NCBI GenBank assembly: GCA_001643675.2
Contig: LSRY02000012.1
Coordinates: forward strand, 1,800,168-1,864,167
Direction of reading: 5' to 3'
DNA from: Monocercomonoides exilis PA203
Lineage: Eukaryota; Protista; Preaxostyla
DNA length: 64,000 nucleotides
Each line of letters begins with the position of its first letter. Position 1 is the stretch's first letter. The notes beneath the pieces are model-generated. The model was not told the origin of the DNA, made no database searches, and saw only the letters and a program-made list of their open reading frames with translations. Position numbers and translations under genes: made by a program. Positions 13,615 to 28,300 of this stretch are shown piece after piece.

Positions 13615-14247
13615 TTATAATTTTTATTACATATTTTTGATCATTTTTTGAAAGATAGAAATACAACGAGGATTTTTCACAAATAGATTGAGTGATACTG
13701 CAAAACACAACAAATGTTAAGATGCAATGAAACATGATAAATAGGGTTTTGACATTTAGTTAGAATTTTGTCATCTTTTATCACTAGAAATGCGATGAAT
13801 TGAATCAGATTGAAAACCTCTAAAACTTTGGAATGATCCCAAATAAAAGGAAAGTTGAAAGGAATGAATAAATTGAACTGATTGGACAATTTTTGTGCAA
13901 CTGAATTATGTTTTAGTATTTTAAGATTTAGTTTCAATTTTCTTGGGAAACAATTTCTATCAAATTCAAAATCATTCTCCTCGAATAAAAAAAAAAATCT
14001 CAATTAAAAAGCGAATCATTTTATTAAAAAAAAAAGTTTAGAAAATTATAAATCAAACTAATAATGGATATTGAAAGCAACACCTTTTGTGAAAGCAAAA
14101 TTCAAAATGAAAAAGACAAGTTAACCCAAAAGAAACATTCAAACAAATTGATAAGCAAATAAATAAAATGAAAGGAAAACAAAAATTTCAAAGATATTGG
14201 TGAAGTGAAACTGTGCAATGTATTATGAATATGCCTTAAAATATTTA

Positions 14248-16036
14248 TTAAACCTTTGCAACTGGAACTGCCAAATAAAACACAAGAAATGGAACCAAAA
14301 ACACAATGCCAAAAAATACGGCTCCGATTATCCGAGGGACGAGTTGATGCTTTTTGGGCAAGAATATCAGCCCCATTGCGATGCCGCAGAGGAGTCCTCC
14401 CAAATGCGCACCTTGATCAATCCCACCAATGGTAAATCCCATTATCAGCATTATGACAAAGAACATAATCATTGACATGACATATGAAACTCTATGAAAT
14501 ATTGAATAAGTTCAAAAAACACATTCATAGCAACAATGGAAGAAATAATAAAGCAAATCACACTTTTGCATTGTTTGCAAAGTCTTCCAAATTAATATAA
14601 TGTTTATGATGAAGAATCCGTATATTCCAAGCAATGCACCAGAAGCACCAACAGATATTGTGTTTGGATATAAACAGCAGCTCATAATAGAGCCAGCAAT
14701 AGCTGACACAACATATACACACCCCGTCTGAAAACAACATTAACAGCCAAAAGAAGCGAAGCGTAAATGAAAAAAAAATTCATTCTTTTATGAATACACA
14801 CCAAAATAGTACCCCAAGTGTTTTCTTTGTAGAACATAATGCTAAATTGGAAGTACATGTTGAAGATGTAATGAAGCAAGCCTCCATGTAGAAACATTGG
14901 CAATATTAGACGATGAAACTAACCAAGACAAGAAAAATAAGACAAAAAAATACATAATGATTAAACAACAAAAAAGCAACATTTAATTTTTTATTTAAAT
15001 TGACAACAGAAAAAACAATATTTATAACATTTCTCAACTTGAACAAATCATCGTGCAAAGGAAAGGTTAAATAAAAATGATAATGATATTTATTTGCATG
15101 TTAAAAAAAAGTATTATTACTCGCTTCATTTGCTGCATACATGATATTTATAACGAATATATGGAGCATATTTTGCTCCTAATTGCATTAGTGCGTATGT
15201 AGATGGGCTAAGTCCGCTACCCAAAGGACCACCAAGTGCATAAGAAACGATAAACATAACCAACTTAAAGCAGCAAAACAAATGCAAACAAACACAAAAA
15301 AGTTGTGTAAAATTTGTAAATATTGTATTTGTTAAAAACTCTCAATCTATCAAACTTGAACAATTGATATCCAAAAAGTAAACATCTTCAAAACGTTACA
15401 CCAATCTTTTTTTCTTGTTTCAGAACAGCATGGTCCGACAAAGCAACCACATCCGCAACTTACCAAAAGTACCTAAAAAATTATAAAATTATTTATACAT
15501 AAAAACAATGAAAAATGAAATCAAAGAATACATCGCAAGTTCCTGGAATATGATCAGGAGGAAGGTTATCGCTCCATACGGAGTCAGATAGCGATATCAT
15601 TGGTTGAGTTTGCTTTAAATAATATTTGAAAAACACTTTGAAAAACAAAAAAATTAAAAAATATAATACCGCATATGCCATTGTACTTGGGTCATAATCA
15701 CTTGAAGATGCCGGTATTGTATGAATCCCACCTCTTTCTGCTCGAGAAGAATCAGATTCATGGGAGGAACCTGAAGAAGTGGACGAATTTTTCCTGTTTA
15801 TTTAATTGTTCGACGAGAAAAAAATTACAAAAAGAAATGCAAAACCATGGATTTTCTGCAGTTTTTCCACTGATGGATCGACCAGCTCCCCACTTTGAAT
15901 TCTGTGACGAGCGGGATGAAGAAGAGCTTCCAGAAGATGACTGCTGACGGGCTGGAGAGCCCCAGGGAGAAGGGATAGCAGCTCCTCCTATTCCTTTATC
16001 TTCATTTCCTGCTCCGATTGTGTGAATATTAGACAT
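14248..16036 (-). CDS. Rhomboid intramembrane serine protease (multi-exon)
   Basis: GPSTYALMQLGAK, PMFLHGGLLHYIFN, catalytic VGASGA and AHLGG motifs. Confidence 0.9.
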
Positions 16037-16450
16037 ATTATTTGCCTTTTGGTAGAATTTTTACGAATTGGATGATATTTTGATGTGAGTGATTAAGGGT
16101 TATCAAAAAAATCAATGATTAAATCTTTTGAATCCTTTTAATGAAATTGCTTCATTAATTATTTTCTTAAAAAAAATCATCTGTGCCTTTATGAAACTGA
16201 ACTATTTTGAATTCACATGATTTGAACAATAATTTTCTGAAAAAATAAAAAACATGAAGAAAATAAATTGAATGTCCTGCCAAACAAATAAAAATTTCAA
16301 ATGTTTATTTCTTTACAACTTCTTGAAAGATGAAGTGAGTTAAAGTTAAACAGCATGCCAAAAAGAGGCATGCATGGATAATCGATTAATAGAATACTAT
16401 TAATAAGAAAAATGAATTATCAACACAACTATTGAAACAAAATCAATGTT

Positions 16451-19400
16451 CTAATCAGATTCCTTTCTTTTCATCGCAGTTGGGCTCACACTTTTCCTGC
16501 AGTTGCCAAATGAGCGGTGCTTTGCAGGAAGAGACGGAACCATCTGGAAGATCTGCGAAGGAAGCATCAATTTGACAGAGATTTGCGAAGATGACTTGTG
16601 TTTATGAGAAGAGTAGAAGCTTGTCAGCGGAAAAGAGGAGAAAGAGGACGAATGTGAATGAAGACGATGGGAATGCCTTTTGGAGCGGGTGTGTCTTTTG
16701 GGCGAAGACAAGTCTGATGAAAGCGAAGAGTCATCAGGACAGCCATTCAACTGAAGTGCAGCTGCATATTTCTGGTCAGAAGAGCTGTTGAAAGAGGGCA
16801 GAGGGAGAGAGGGAGGGGCAGGCGAAAGAGAATGCGAAGGGGATTTCTTCATCTGAAGGGCATTGGCAGCAAATTGCGGGGCGGTGGGGTGAGGGCCAGG
16901 ATGAGGTACAAGAGAGGGGGAGGCAGATTTCGAGTGATGTTCAGCCGGAAGAGCACTTTGTGGAGAGAGCTGGGGGCATCCAGAAGAAGAAATGGAAGAA
17001 GAAGAATTAGAATGGAGAGAAAGAAGGCTGCTTTTGATGTCTGCTGGCAGAAGGGATGACGTGTGCTGGTCTCGAAATGAGGAATATTCAGTCAGATCAG
17101 ATTTCAGCGAGTTCAGAAGAAGAAGCTGTTTGTCTTCCGAATGCGCAGAGAGAGAGCGGTTGGCAGTCAGAAATGACTGAGCAGAGGGAGGAAGTGAGTC
17201 AAATGAGGGAACAGCGAAGGAAGAGAGGGCAGAGTCAAAACGAGACAAAAACGACTCTTTTGGCAAGATGAGGCACAATTGCTGCTTCCATCGAAGAAGA
17301 TACAACAAATTGTGTGTTCTTTGGATAAGCATGCTCCTTCTGTCTGCATCAGGCAACACAAAAGGAGAAGAAGAGGATTCGCCAATTGAATGTTTTGATG
17401 ATGATGATGATGATGTTGTTGTTGTTGTTGTTGTTGTAGTAGTAGTAGTAGTTGTTGTTGTTGAAGTTTGCTGCTTTTCAGCTGTTTCGAGTGTTTCTCC
17501 AGCTGATCGTGCCATCTCGTCCAAAGAGTCCAAACATTGACTGATCATCGAAAGAGAGGCAAAACTGCTTTTCACTTTGGAAAGAGCAAGAAGACGGCGT
17601 GTTGAGTGCTGTGAAGACAAAGACGATGTCGATGAAGATGAAGAGAGAGAAGGAGAGGCTGATGAATTAGACGATGATGAAGCAGATGAAGTTGAAGCAG
17701 CAGATCCAATAGAATGAGATGTGGTTGGTGTTGTTGGTGCGCTTGAGGAAGGAACAGAGCTAAGTGACGAAGCAGAACCAACAGAAGACAAAGAAGAGGA
17801 GGAAGAGGAGGAGGAAGAGGAGGAAGAAGAAGAAGAATACAAAGACAGATATGAAGACAGCTCTTCTGACAGTCTGTTAACAGAATGCAGCTGCTGAAGG
17901 CAGGGCGAGTAAGAGATGAAGAGTGAAGTCAGATCTGATGCTGTGAGGAGAAGAGGAAGGAAAGAAGAAGGAGATGGCTGCTCTGCTGTTGCAGATGCTG
18001 TTTGTGTTGAGTGCTCCAAAGAAGAATTCAAGTGCTCATTCAACTTGGCTGACAGAACAGGCCGAATTGACCAGCTGAACGGATCAAAGAAGAAATATGA
18101 ATGGGAACGGAGAAGATTCCGAAGAGAAGGAGAAAGCTCTTCTTCTTCATCCAACACATCTTCCTCATTTTGTTCGTCTGTTTTGCTTTCGTCTTCTTTT
18201 TCTGTCGAAACATTAGCATTTTCTTTGCTCTTTGCAAGTTGTTTTGTTGTTTGTTTTTGCTGCTTTTTGGATGAGGCATTTGAAGCATCTGTTGAATCGC
18301 TTTGTTTAACCTCAGAAGAAGAAAGAGAAAGAGATTGATTTTCAGAAGCAGAAAGAGCAGAAGATGTCTCATCGAGTGAGACAAAGCGATGCAATGAGGA
18401 GTCGATTGATGCCGATGGAATGACAAACAAGCCAAGTGGCCAGTTCTGACAGGAAGAAGAGTGCGATGTCAGCGAAGAAAGAGAAGAGGAAGACTCAACA
18501 GACACCATCTGCCCTTCTGTCTGAGTGGGAGCGCCTTCATTCGAGTTATCTGAAGATGCATTTTCTGAACTGCCAAAAAGCTCTTCGCAGACAAACTGAG
18601 CCATCGCTGCTTCGTCGATGTGGATGAAGGCATCAGCCAATTTGGTTGTGACGCTGTCTGCCTCTCTTTTCATCTCGTTCAGCTCTTTCTCTCTCTTCTT
18701 GTCCCTCCTCTTCTTCATCAGCTTCTCTTTCTCCTCTTTCGCCTTCGTCCTTTTCACCTGCCTTCGCGTCAGCTCGCCTTTCATTTCTTTGTCGTTCAAG
18801 TTCTGCTTCTTCTCTTCTTCTCTTCTCGTTCTCACTTCCGAAATCAGCTTCGCTTCTGCCTCTTTCAGCGCCTTCAGCTTCGCCAGCTGCATTTTCATGT
18901 GTTTAATCCACTCTCTCTGTTGAAATGCCCCATTCACCACAAATTGTGGCAGCGCTGCCTTTTCATCTGCCTCAAAATGGCTGCTTTCTTCGCTGCTTGT
19001 CGCATTGGCATTGGAATCTACACTTGATGTCTCTGAATCCTTCTTCCTCTTCTTCTTCTCGTTTTCACTTGAGATTTCTTTCTCTTTCTCTTTCTCCTTT
19101 TCCTTTTCCTTGTTCTTCCCCTTCCTCTTTTCTTCTTTTCCACTTTTTTCTTTCGCATCCTTCTGATTTTGCTGATTTTTGCTTGTTTTTGTTGGCGTCT
19201 TTTCTTCTTCTTTGCTTTTTTCTTTTGTTGAAATGCTTTCTTCTTCTGTACGATGCCCATCGCTGTCAAAGAAGAATGACAAAGAATTAATCAGATTTGG
19301 TGTCAGAAGCATCAAAAGCTCCATTTCTTTCTCTTTCCTCTCCACAGCACCCTTCTCTTCCACTCTGTTGCTGCTCCACCCAACACATTCACTCGGCTGG

Positions 19401-19706
19401 CCAATCGAATCTTCAAAGGAAGACGCTTTGCTTTCTCTGTCATCTTCGCTTGTTGAGCTGCTTCTGCTCTTTTCTTTCTCTTTCTCTTGATTGCTTTCTT
19501 CTTCTTTTGCTGTTGCTTTTCCCTTTCCTTTTTTCCCGCCTTTTCCATTTTTTGTTGTTGTTTCTGTTTTGTCTGCATTTTTATTCTTCGCATTGGAACT
19601 CTCGTTTTCTTTCGTTTTAGCTTTCTCTTTCATATCAGTTGAATTGATGTCACTCAAATTTTGATCCAAAAGCCTAAAAGAAGAAGAAGAAGAAGAAGAA
19701 GAAGAA

Positions 19707-19745
<39 letters not shown>

Positions 19746-21781
19746 GTTGTTGTTGTTGTTGAATTATGATGTGCATTCAGAGATGAGAAAAAGAGAGAAA
19801 GCGGAAGAAAAATCCACCCGCGTGAAAGAAGAGAAAACAGCGCCAGCAAAACAAGACATGTTGGTTCATTTAAACAAGGCTCAGAAAAAGATGAATGCAA
19901 AAAAGACAGAAAAGACAATGAGGAAGAAGTGAAATGGGAAGCAGAAGAAGAAGAAGAGATTGATGAATTGGGTGAATACAAATAGAAGAGCGAAAGAAGC
20001 GTGGAAGAAGAAAGAGTTGAGCCAATCTGACAAAAAGGCGAAGGCAGCTGATCATCACTTTGTGGCAGGAGAGAAGAAGAAGAAGAAGAAGAAGAAGAAA
20101 TGGAAGAAGAAGAATTTGAAGAAGTTGATTGAACACCCGGTGATGGTGCAGAAGCAGCAGACAGAAGAGGAGTTGAGTTAAACGCATAGAAATACAGTTT
20201 GACGATGCAGCTGAAAGACGAAGTTCCGCTTATCACATCAGAAAGAGGAGAGAGGTTCAGAAGATTCGATGTGAAAGATGAATGAGATGGCAGCAGCTGA
20301 TATGAAGAGCTGTGTGTTGCATGCTGATTCGATAGATCATTCACAGAAGAAGAAGAAGAAGAAGATAAAGAAGATAAAGAAGAAGAAGTGTATTTTGAAG
20401 GATAAGATGGATCTGGAAGAGAAGGCTGAATTGAATGCAATGGAGAAGAGATGAACAAGTGGCAGAGGGAAGACAAGACTGCTATGGGCGAATAAGCTGT
20501 CTGCAGGCAGGGTGCGTGCAGATGTGCGAGTGTCTGCTTCAGAAGGTGCAATGAGAAGGCGAGTGGGCTGCACCATTTGGGTGTGACGTGGAACTGAAGT
20601 GGAAGCAAAAAGAGGGAATTGGCTCTTCCTTCCAAAGGCGGCTGTCTGCTGTCTGAAGCGAGATCGCTGTTGTGCCTCGCTTCGAAGTCTAAGAACAGCC
20701 GAGAAATCGGGTAGAATGCCAACGGACGTGGCAAAACCAAGCACAGACGCAAAAAAGGCGAAAGAGGGATGATTTTATCTGTCGCCAATCCTTCGCAGTC
20801 AAAACACCATTCAGAAAAGGAAATATGAGAAATTGGCTGAACACTTGATTTTTCGACTGCTGATTCGAAAGAGGGACTAAAAGTCTCATTTTTGATGGCG
20901 GGCTTTTGAAGTTCTTCAATTAGAAGATTGCTTTTGCTTTTGCTTCTGCTTTTGCTGCTGTCTTCTTCGAAGGCTTCTTCATCGGAATATCCACTCGCAC
21001 CGTGCGCATTCTCCTGATATTTTGTACCTTTTTCGTCAACGCCATCTTTTGATTTAGCCTTCTGTTTGTGATTTTCTTTCGGTTTTTCTTTGTCGTTTCG
21101 ATTGTCTCTGTTTTGAAATGATGGCCTTTTCTCTTCTTCCTTTTGCTTTCCTTTGCTTTTCCCTTTTGTATGTATTTTTTCAATGTCAATTGCATTCTCT
21201 TCCTCTCTTCCTCTGATGTGCTCTTTTTCAATTATCCTTTCTTTAATAGGTGGTTGTGGCAAAAGCGGCGTTGGAAAAGGAAGTGATATTTGTTGACGTA
21301 TTGGAGATGATGTGATTGGCAAATCAGGATAAATGCCATCTGGCTTTTTATCGGCAATTGGAATTAATGGACCAAAATGCGCAGCAGATATTGGCAAAAG
21401 AGGAGATGTCGGAACAGTTCCAGGTTTCAAAGCAAGAAGTGCACCCCCATTTGTTAAGGACGGAGTAATATGTCTGGTTGGTGTTGATTCTAAAGGGAAA
21501 GGTTGTTGAAGAAGAGGAGAAAGCGCAGACATCGAAGAAAATGGATTTTTAATTGGTGTTGTCTGCGTAGAATTTTTTATAAATCTCGAAGATGTTCCAG
21601 ATGAAGTTCCAATTTTTATATTTTGCATAGCTGAAAAAAGAAAAAAGTATAAATTAGAAATGTTCAAAATTCCATTTTGCACACACAAAAGAAATAACAT
21701 ACAAGAATTTAATTTCTTAGGAACCGATGAAGGATGCATTTTCGAAATTTTTTGTTTCTTTCGAAGCATATATAAAAACAA
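16451..21781 (-). CDS. Large Ser-rich/charged low-complexity hypothetical protein (true start probably in a short upstream exon near 21941)
   Basis: 5.3-kb open frame; poly-Ser/Thr tracts and Lys/Glu coiled-coil segments; no domain recognised. Confidence 0.7.
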
Positions 21782-22252
21782 TAAAATACACCATTAAAAT
21801 AATACAATAAAAAATAATAAATGCATTAATGCGCATTGGAGAAAATTAATGTATGTAATTATAAAATTTAAATTATCCAATACAAACAGAAGAAGTATCA
21901 GCAGTATCAATTATCCCTTGATGTTTTCCAAATGAACTCATTTCCACAAAATGACAAGCTATACTGTATTGTATTTAGGACAATTTGCTTTGAAAGAAAT
22001 TATCGCTCTATATTCGTCGAAAAACGAGGAAATAATTTGATCTATCCCTTTTAATTATATATTTATTCCAACCAAGTAATAAAAAACGAGAATGAAAATA
22101 CTCAACGCATTCAATTTTAATTAATCATAATACTGAAACAAAGAATATATATGAATATGACTTGAATTAATGATATGAAAGAGTGACAGCAGAAACATTT
22201 TAACAAATTGCCAAAGATAGGTCAAAAAAGAATTTATTGTGAGTGAAAATAT

Positions 22253-22909
22253 CTACAAAATAGGTCCCTCTCTTCCAGATTCCGCAAGCTGAACAATTAA
22301 ATAATATTTAAACAGAAATTTTTAATTGGTGAAAATAAAAAAAACAAACTCGAGCAATCCATGGAATAGACAAGAGCATTCTTCCACCTGGTAGTACACC
22401 TGTTAAAAACGAAACGACTTTAGGTAGATAATTTTTAAACAACGGAAATGCTCCACCAGATTGGAAAATTACGCCAAGAAATGGATATCTTAGAAAAACA
22501 AGAATAAGTCCAATAACAAATGATATTGTTCCGACTATTTTATTTTCACTTTTACCAATAAAAAGTTGTATTGCATCTTTTGGTCCTTGATAGACAATTA
22601 GTCCAATTAGAAACATGATCTAAGCGGAGAAATATTTAGTTATCAAATAAATGTGCACAGATTGTATAAAACAAATATAAATATAAATATTTTTATGTTA
22701 ACTATTTTTAATTTGCAAACGTCTCCGATAGCAATAAATCCAGAATCAAATAACGTTAGAATACCAAGAATGAAAAAAAAGACTCCTTTAATGCAAAAGA
22801 ACAAAGCAAATTACTCTCTTTAAAAGTGGTATAAATAGAAGTGTTCTAAACCAAATCCTATAAATCCAGCTCCTATGATAATTCTGTCTCGACTTTTTTC
22901 TTCCGACAT
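22253..22909 (-). CDS. GOT1: Got1/Sft2-family Golgi vesicle transport protein (multi-exon)
   Basis: IGAGFIGFG/FFILGILTLFDSGFIAIGD/IMFLIGL..GP..GTISFVIGLILVFLRYPFLG..LFKNYLP pattern; ~140 aa, four TM segments. Confidence 0.85.
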
Positions 22910-25363
22910 TTAGCAATATCTTTAAACCTTTATATAATTTTCAAAACACTCAATCAAAAATGTTGCATCCAAAATGAATCTGTAATCAATTCGTTGAATC
23001 ATAAATTTTGTGGTTTTAAAAAATTTACTGGAAGACATAGGCTTTATGAAAGGATTGACGAACAACAACTCTCCTTGAAACCATTCAGAAAAATAAAAAG
23101 TTTGATAATTCAAATTGAAATGTTTCAATAGAATACAACATATTACCTTGAAATCCTTAAATTTATTGGTATATTTATTTTTAATAACTTTAAAATTTAA
23201 TCAGTTTCATTGAAAGTTAAAAATAACTTAAAGATTCTGAAAAGAAGAAAACAAAAGTAATTATCAAAAATTTCATAAAAGGATCACATTTTGGAACTTG
23301 TTCAGACAAAATCTGCTCTATGGTTTGTGTTTTGAAGAGATTTTACTGTATGATACTAATAGCGCTTTATTTCTTTTCTTGGAGGTATTTTTGGATCAGT
23401 AACTGGATTCTATGGCTCTTTGCAAATAGTTACGTTGGGTTTCATTACCTCGACCATTGATAATTGAAGAAAGAAAGAAAGAAAAATAAAAAGAAAAAAA
23501 AATGAATATATGTGTTTCCTCTGAGGAAATCGCATGAAAAAATGTTTTCTAAATTTGAGCCTTTCAAATTCTTTTTATTTAAAAATCCAATCATTCTGAT
23601 TTATATTTCATCAATTGAACAAAGGAAAAAGACAAATATAATTATAAACAGAAAACAAACAATTGCTTCAAGCGTTAAGCTCTCTTGAGCTGAAAAGCAG
23701 AGGATTTCAAACTTTTGACAATCCAGAACAAATTGACGTGACTAACTCTCCAAAGTTCTATGCGGAATAATGCAATATGTTACGGATGGAAAAGACAATT
23801 ATAAATTCCTCATTGAAATTATTCCATTTTGAAAGCAAAAGATCTTTTTTTTCATGCTACCTTGAAAAAGGAAATTATGAAGTTTGCGTTTTCAGGGGAA
23901 AAGCAAATGAAAACAAGTTTGAAGGAAGCAACAAAAGCATTGTTAGTATAGTGTGAAGAGAAAAGGAAAGTATTTTGATCCAATGAGATTTTATTTGAAG
24001 GAAAGTCAGTTTTCATGCATTAAAGATTTTTTATTTTCTGAAGATTTTGTTTCATTTTTTCGGGCGATTGAACTTGGTAGATTGCCTTGTTAAATCAAGC
24101 TAAATCTTATGTCTTGCGTAGTTCATTTCTTTATATCCATTTTTCTTCAAAGCCGTATTACTGGCAAATGGGAAGTTACTTGAAGAAATTTGAAACAAAT
24201 TCGTTGAAGACGAAGTTCTAAGGAGAATTCATAAACTCGAAGAGTGAATAAATGAAGAAGAGAATTGTAAGATGGAAAGAGAAATGAGGAATGCGATATA
24301 CAATGAATAGTGCAGAACAAAGAATGGATAAAGGATTAATAAAGATAGAAGAACGAGGAAGAAGATGACGTATGAAGAGAAATTCGAAGAAATGAAGCTA
24401 CATAGAAGATTTAAATACGATTACGAGAAACGAAACATGCAAAAGTTTTTTTGAATGTATTGATAAGGATGACATATTTTCAACGGATTCTGTTATGAAA
24501 GGCATTCAAGACAATAAACATGTCAGGGAAAGCCACTTTTTTGTACAATTTATTCTTTGTTTTCGATCAGTTCACTTTCGTGGATGAACTTCAACAGCAC
24601 GCTTCAAAAAAATGTTATCATCTCGTTGGAAATCAAGAGTTGAATATTGTTATGAAAATAATATTTTAGCAATTGAACATGAAATTATAACACTTCAAAG
24701 TTGATATAAATGAATTATCAATAATTAAGTGAGACTATTGTGACAATTATTTAACAAACAAGAATATTGAGCAAAAGTTGAAATAATGTTTTGCGCGTTC
24801 AATCAATTGATAAATCATCATTAAGAAGAAGAAGATGAAAACAGAAAATATCAAAAAAATTCTATTGAAAGCTTTTTGTTTCACGTTCTTCCATGAAGAT
24901 TGTTTGTACGTCTTCTTGTTGTTGCACTTATCTTTTTCAATTTCTATTTTCATTTGAAGAAGTTTCATGTTGAACTTCCTCCAAAATATATCCACGTGAA
25001 ATATCTTTCGGGGGGTTTTCAGAAAGTTTTCAGTTCATTGGGTATTCTTTTTTCTTTTTCACAAATACAATTATCAAAACGTAAATTTCAGATATGAATA
25101 AGTTTTTCAACAAAAAACAGAATAATAAAATGTGACGTTTTCAACATCAATAAATAATACTTAAACTTTTAAAGAATTCTTTTCATCAGATATCTTTTGT
25201 AAAGTTCAATGCTTGTTATTGTCACGAAATTTATTTTTCTTACTCTGTTACCCTATTCCAAATTAACGTAAAAAAATAATAATTATTTAATAAAAACTGA
25301 TATTTTAGCAAAGAAAGAATTCTGGATACAAAAGGATCATCAAACATCAATATAGTAATTTGA

Positions 25364-28300
25364 CTAAAACAGTAATTCAGGATAGACAACATTGAGAACG
25401 CGGTCGTGCTGGTATTCCTTTTTGTTTGGGACAGCGATGAATAAATTATTGCTGCAACGGCATCTGCTCATTGCAACATATAGTTGACCATGAGTGAAAA
25501 CTGGGTTTGGAAGATATAACCCAACGTGATGAAAAGATTGCCCTTGCGCTTTGTTAATGGTCATTGCAAAAGAAACTCTAACAGGAAATTGAATTCTCTT
25601 TAGGGAAAACGGAAGAGTGTTATCTCTTGAAATCATTAAAATTGGAGATAATATTATTTTTCTTCGTTTTGTGTAATCCGAAGACATTAATGATAATTCA
25701 ATATAATTTTCACCTAACATTTCCACAATTAGTCTTATACCGTTGCACAAACCATTCGACATGTCCAGATTGCGCATCAAGATGACTATTGCCCCTTCCT
25801 TTAATTTCAGTTCATGTGGAGGAAGTCCAGAAGGAGTTAAATGGTTGATGAACTCAGTTGTAAAAGAAACTCTATCATGAATTGGATTATTAAATTCTGC
25901 TGAGTCAATGCTTGTGTAAGTTTTTGATTTAGAATGAATCAAATTCAAAATTTCATCATTGATTTTGAAAGTATCTTCATTTTTCGTGCATAAAATACAT
26001 CTTTCTAACAAATTATCGTGATTGCTAGAATTTAAGTTATCTTCACCAAATACCAAATGAATTAAATCGTCTTTATCAACTCTCCATTTGTGTATATTAA
26101 CTTTCGAGTTGTGATCAGTTTCAGGAAAAGAACCTTCTCCTATTTTTTTCAGGTATTCTGCAAATTCAACATTATCGCGCGCGCGCATATTAACTGCGAG
26201 TGAATGCGTAACAAATGACGGCCAAAGTTCGCTGCATTTGATGCATTGAGTAATCATTTCATTCTTGCTTCCTCCTTTGATAACGGGAGGAAGTTGGCGA
26301 AAATCTCCTCCCAGAATCATCATTACCCCACCAAACGGCAACGAATTTTCGTTCAAAATTTTCAATAAATTGTTGATTGCAGTTAATGCACATTTCGGTG
26401 CCATTGACGCCTCATCCCAAATGATGCATTTAACTTTCCTTAATGACTGGGCTTCCTCAGAATGAATGTCCATGAGAGATATTTCATTGTGCTCATCAAT
26501 GGGAACAGGAAGATGAAAAAAAGAGTGCACTGTTTTCCCTTTTGGCAACAAAGTTGCTGCGATCCCAGTCCATGCAACACATTGGCAAATGATATTTTTG
26601 CTACATAGATAGTGATATAATGTGACATATAAAAACGTTTTCCCACTTCCCCCAGGACCATCCAAAAAGCGACAATTTCGACCCATGAAAGGAGGGCGTT
26701 GACAAATATGCTCGACAATATCCTCAAAAATCTCTTTTTGTTTATCATTGAGTAGTTTCATATTTTGCTCAGCGATAAGATAATGTTCATCATTCGTCAT
26801 TTTACATGCCTCAACATCGAAAATTCGTTCTGAAGGAGGTGGCAAATATTTTTTAAGTTGTTTATTTTCATTTTCAAAAATGTCCGCAATTTCATAATAA
26901 GCTTTGTTTACAGCAGCTTCTTCTTCTATATCATCGCTCAAATAATCCTCTGCAATATTCAACTTGTATTTATTCCATAAATGGACTGGATCAGATACAT
27001 TATTGAAAAGCAAGATATGAGAAAAAACTATTCTCAGTTGTTTCCCATTTGCATTTTTTGAAATTTCTTCCAAACATTGATCCCAGTTGAAACAATCAGT
27101 AAATAGTCCACGCGCAAGAGCAACCTCTTTGAATGATTTATATTTTTCTTTATTGAAATATAACAAATCTTCAAACGAAGTGGGGCCTTTCACGTTAAGC
27201 AAAAGAATTCGAAGAAAATATCTTTCTTCATCTCTTTGGCTAACAGTGTACAAACGCGTAATGACGTTGACATTGCGGGATCGAAAAATCCAAGAATGCG
27301 AACGAAGATCAAATCGAAAATGAAGACCAATTTCTGGGTAGGTGAAATTCCTTGAATCTTGATTGTTTTCGACAACTGTTGATCCGAACATTTCCAAGCT
27401 TTTTTTATTCAGTTTGAAAAAAGCCGTTAATGTTGTTTCGCAATCTTTTGATGAGCACGAGGTATTATGTAATGTATTCGTTTCACTTAAAAGTCTAACT
27501 TTTTCTGGTAAATGCACAGCCAATCTGACAACAGTGTGAGACATTTTATGGAGAGGATATTCAACAAGTCTCCAATATGCTTCTGATGATCCAACGAACC
27601 TCAGGTTTATGTATTCCCTTATTTCATCTTTAACTTGATAATCACAAATACTTCGTTTATTTGAAGGTTGTTCCGAATTTATTTGCCTAGTAATTGCTTC
27701 ATTTAATGTTGATATATTTGTTCTCGTATCAAAATCCACAGATTTTTCACATAAAATACACTCTGAACTTTTTTCAGCATTATCCGAAGAAATCAATGCT
27801 GTTGAAGCTTCAGATCCTTTGTGCGAATTGAAAATATTTGGGCAACTTATTGACGTTTGCGACTTTTCACTTAAGTTTTGGCATTTGTCAAGTTTTGTGA
27901 TTTTTTCCTTTAAATATTCAGGCTTTTTGTAAATGTATTTGAACAGATAGTTCACAGCTCTCACTGAAGAACATATTTCTACGTTTATATGGGCATTAAA
28001 TTTTTTCAATAAATAGGGATTATACGGAACAATCCACTTGTTATTTATTGGTTTCTTGTGTATTTCACACGAAGTCAAATCTGTTCTTTTGTAGACAAAC
28101 TTTCCATCTTTTCCTTTAAAAGTGCGATCACAAAATTGCTTTGGATATCCTTTTGAACAATTGCCATCAACCATGCAATGAGCAGATGGATGACTAGTGC
28201 CGCATGGTCCATGCACCATATGCAACATAACCAATGATCGAATACCGTCATCATCTTCTCCTTTGCATATTGAAGGAATTTCTGCACAAACAAGTTGATC

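Noticed and set aside
16591-21231. Many overlapping short ORFs and trinucleotide runs
   Set aside because: Shadows of the poly-Ser/Thr/Glu coding tracts of the 1776-aa ORF
23200-25300. Possible decayed gene fragments or Helitron 3' end; similar patches at 34.4-35.8 kb and 37.4-39.3 kb
   Set aside because: No sustained frame, recognisable motif or hairpin+CTRR terminus could be supported by eye
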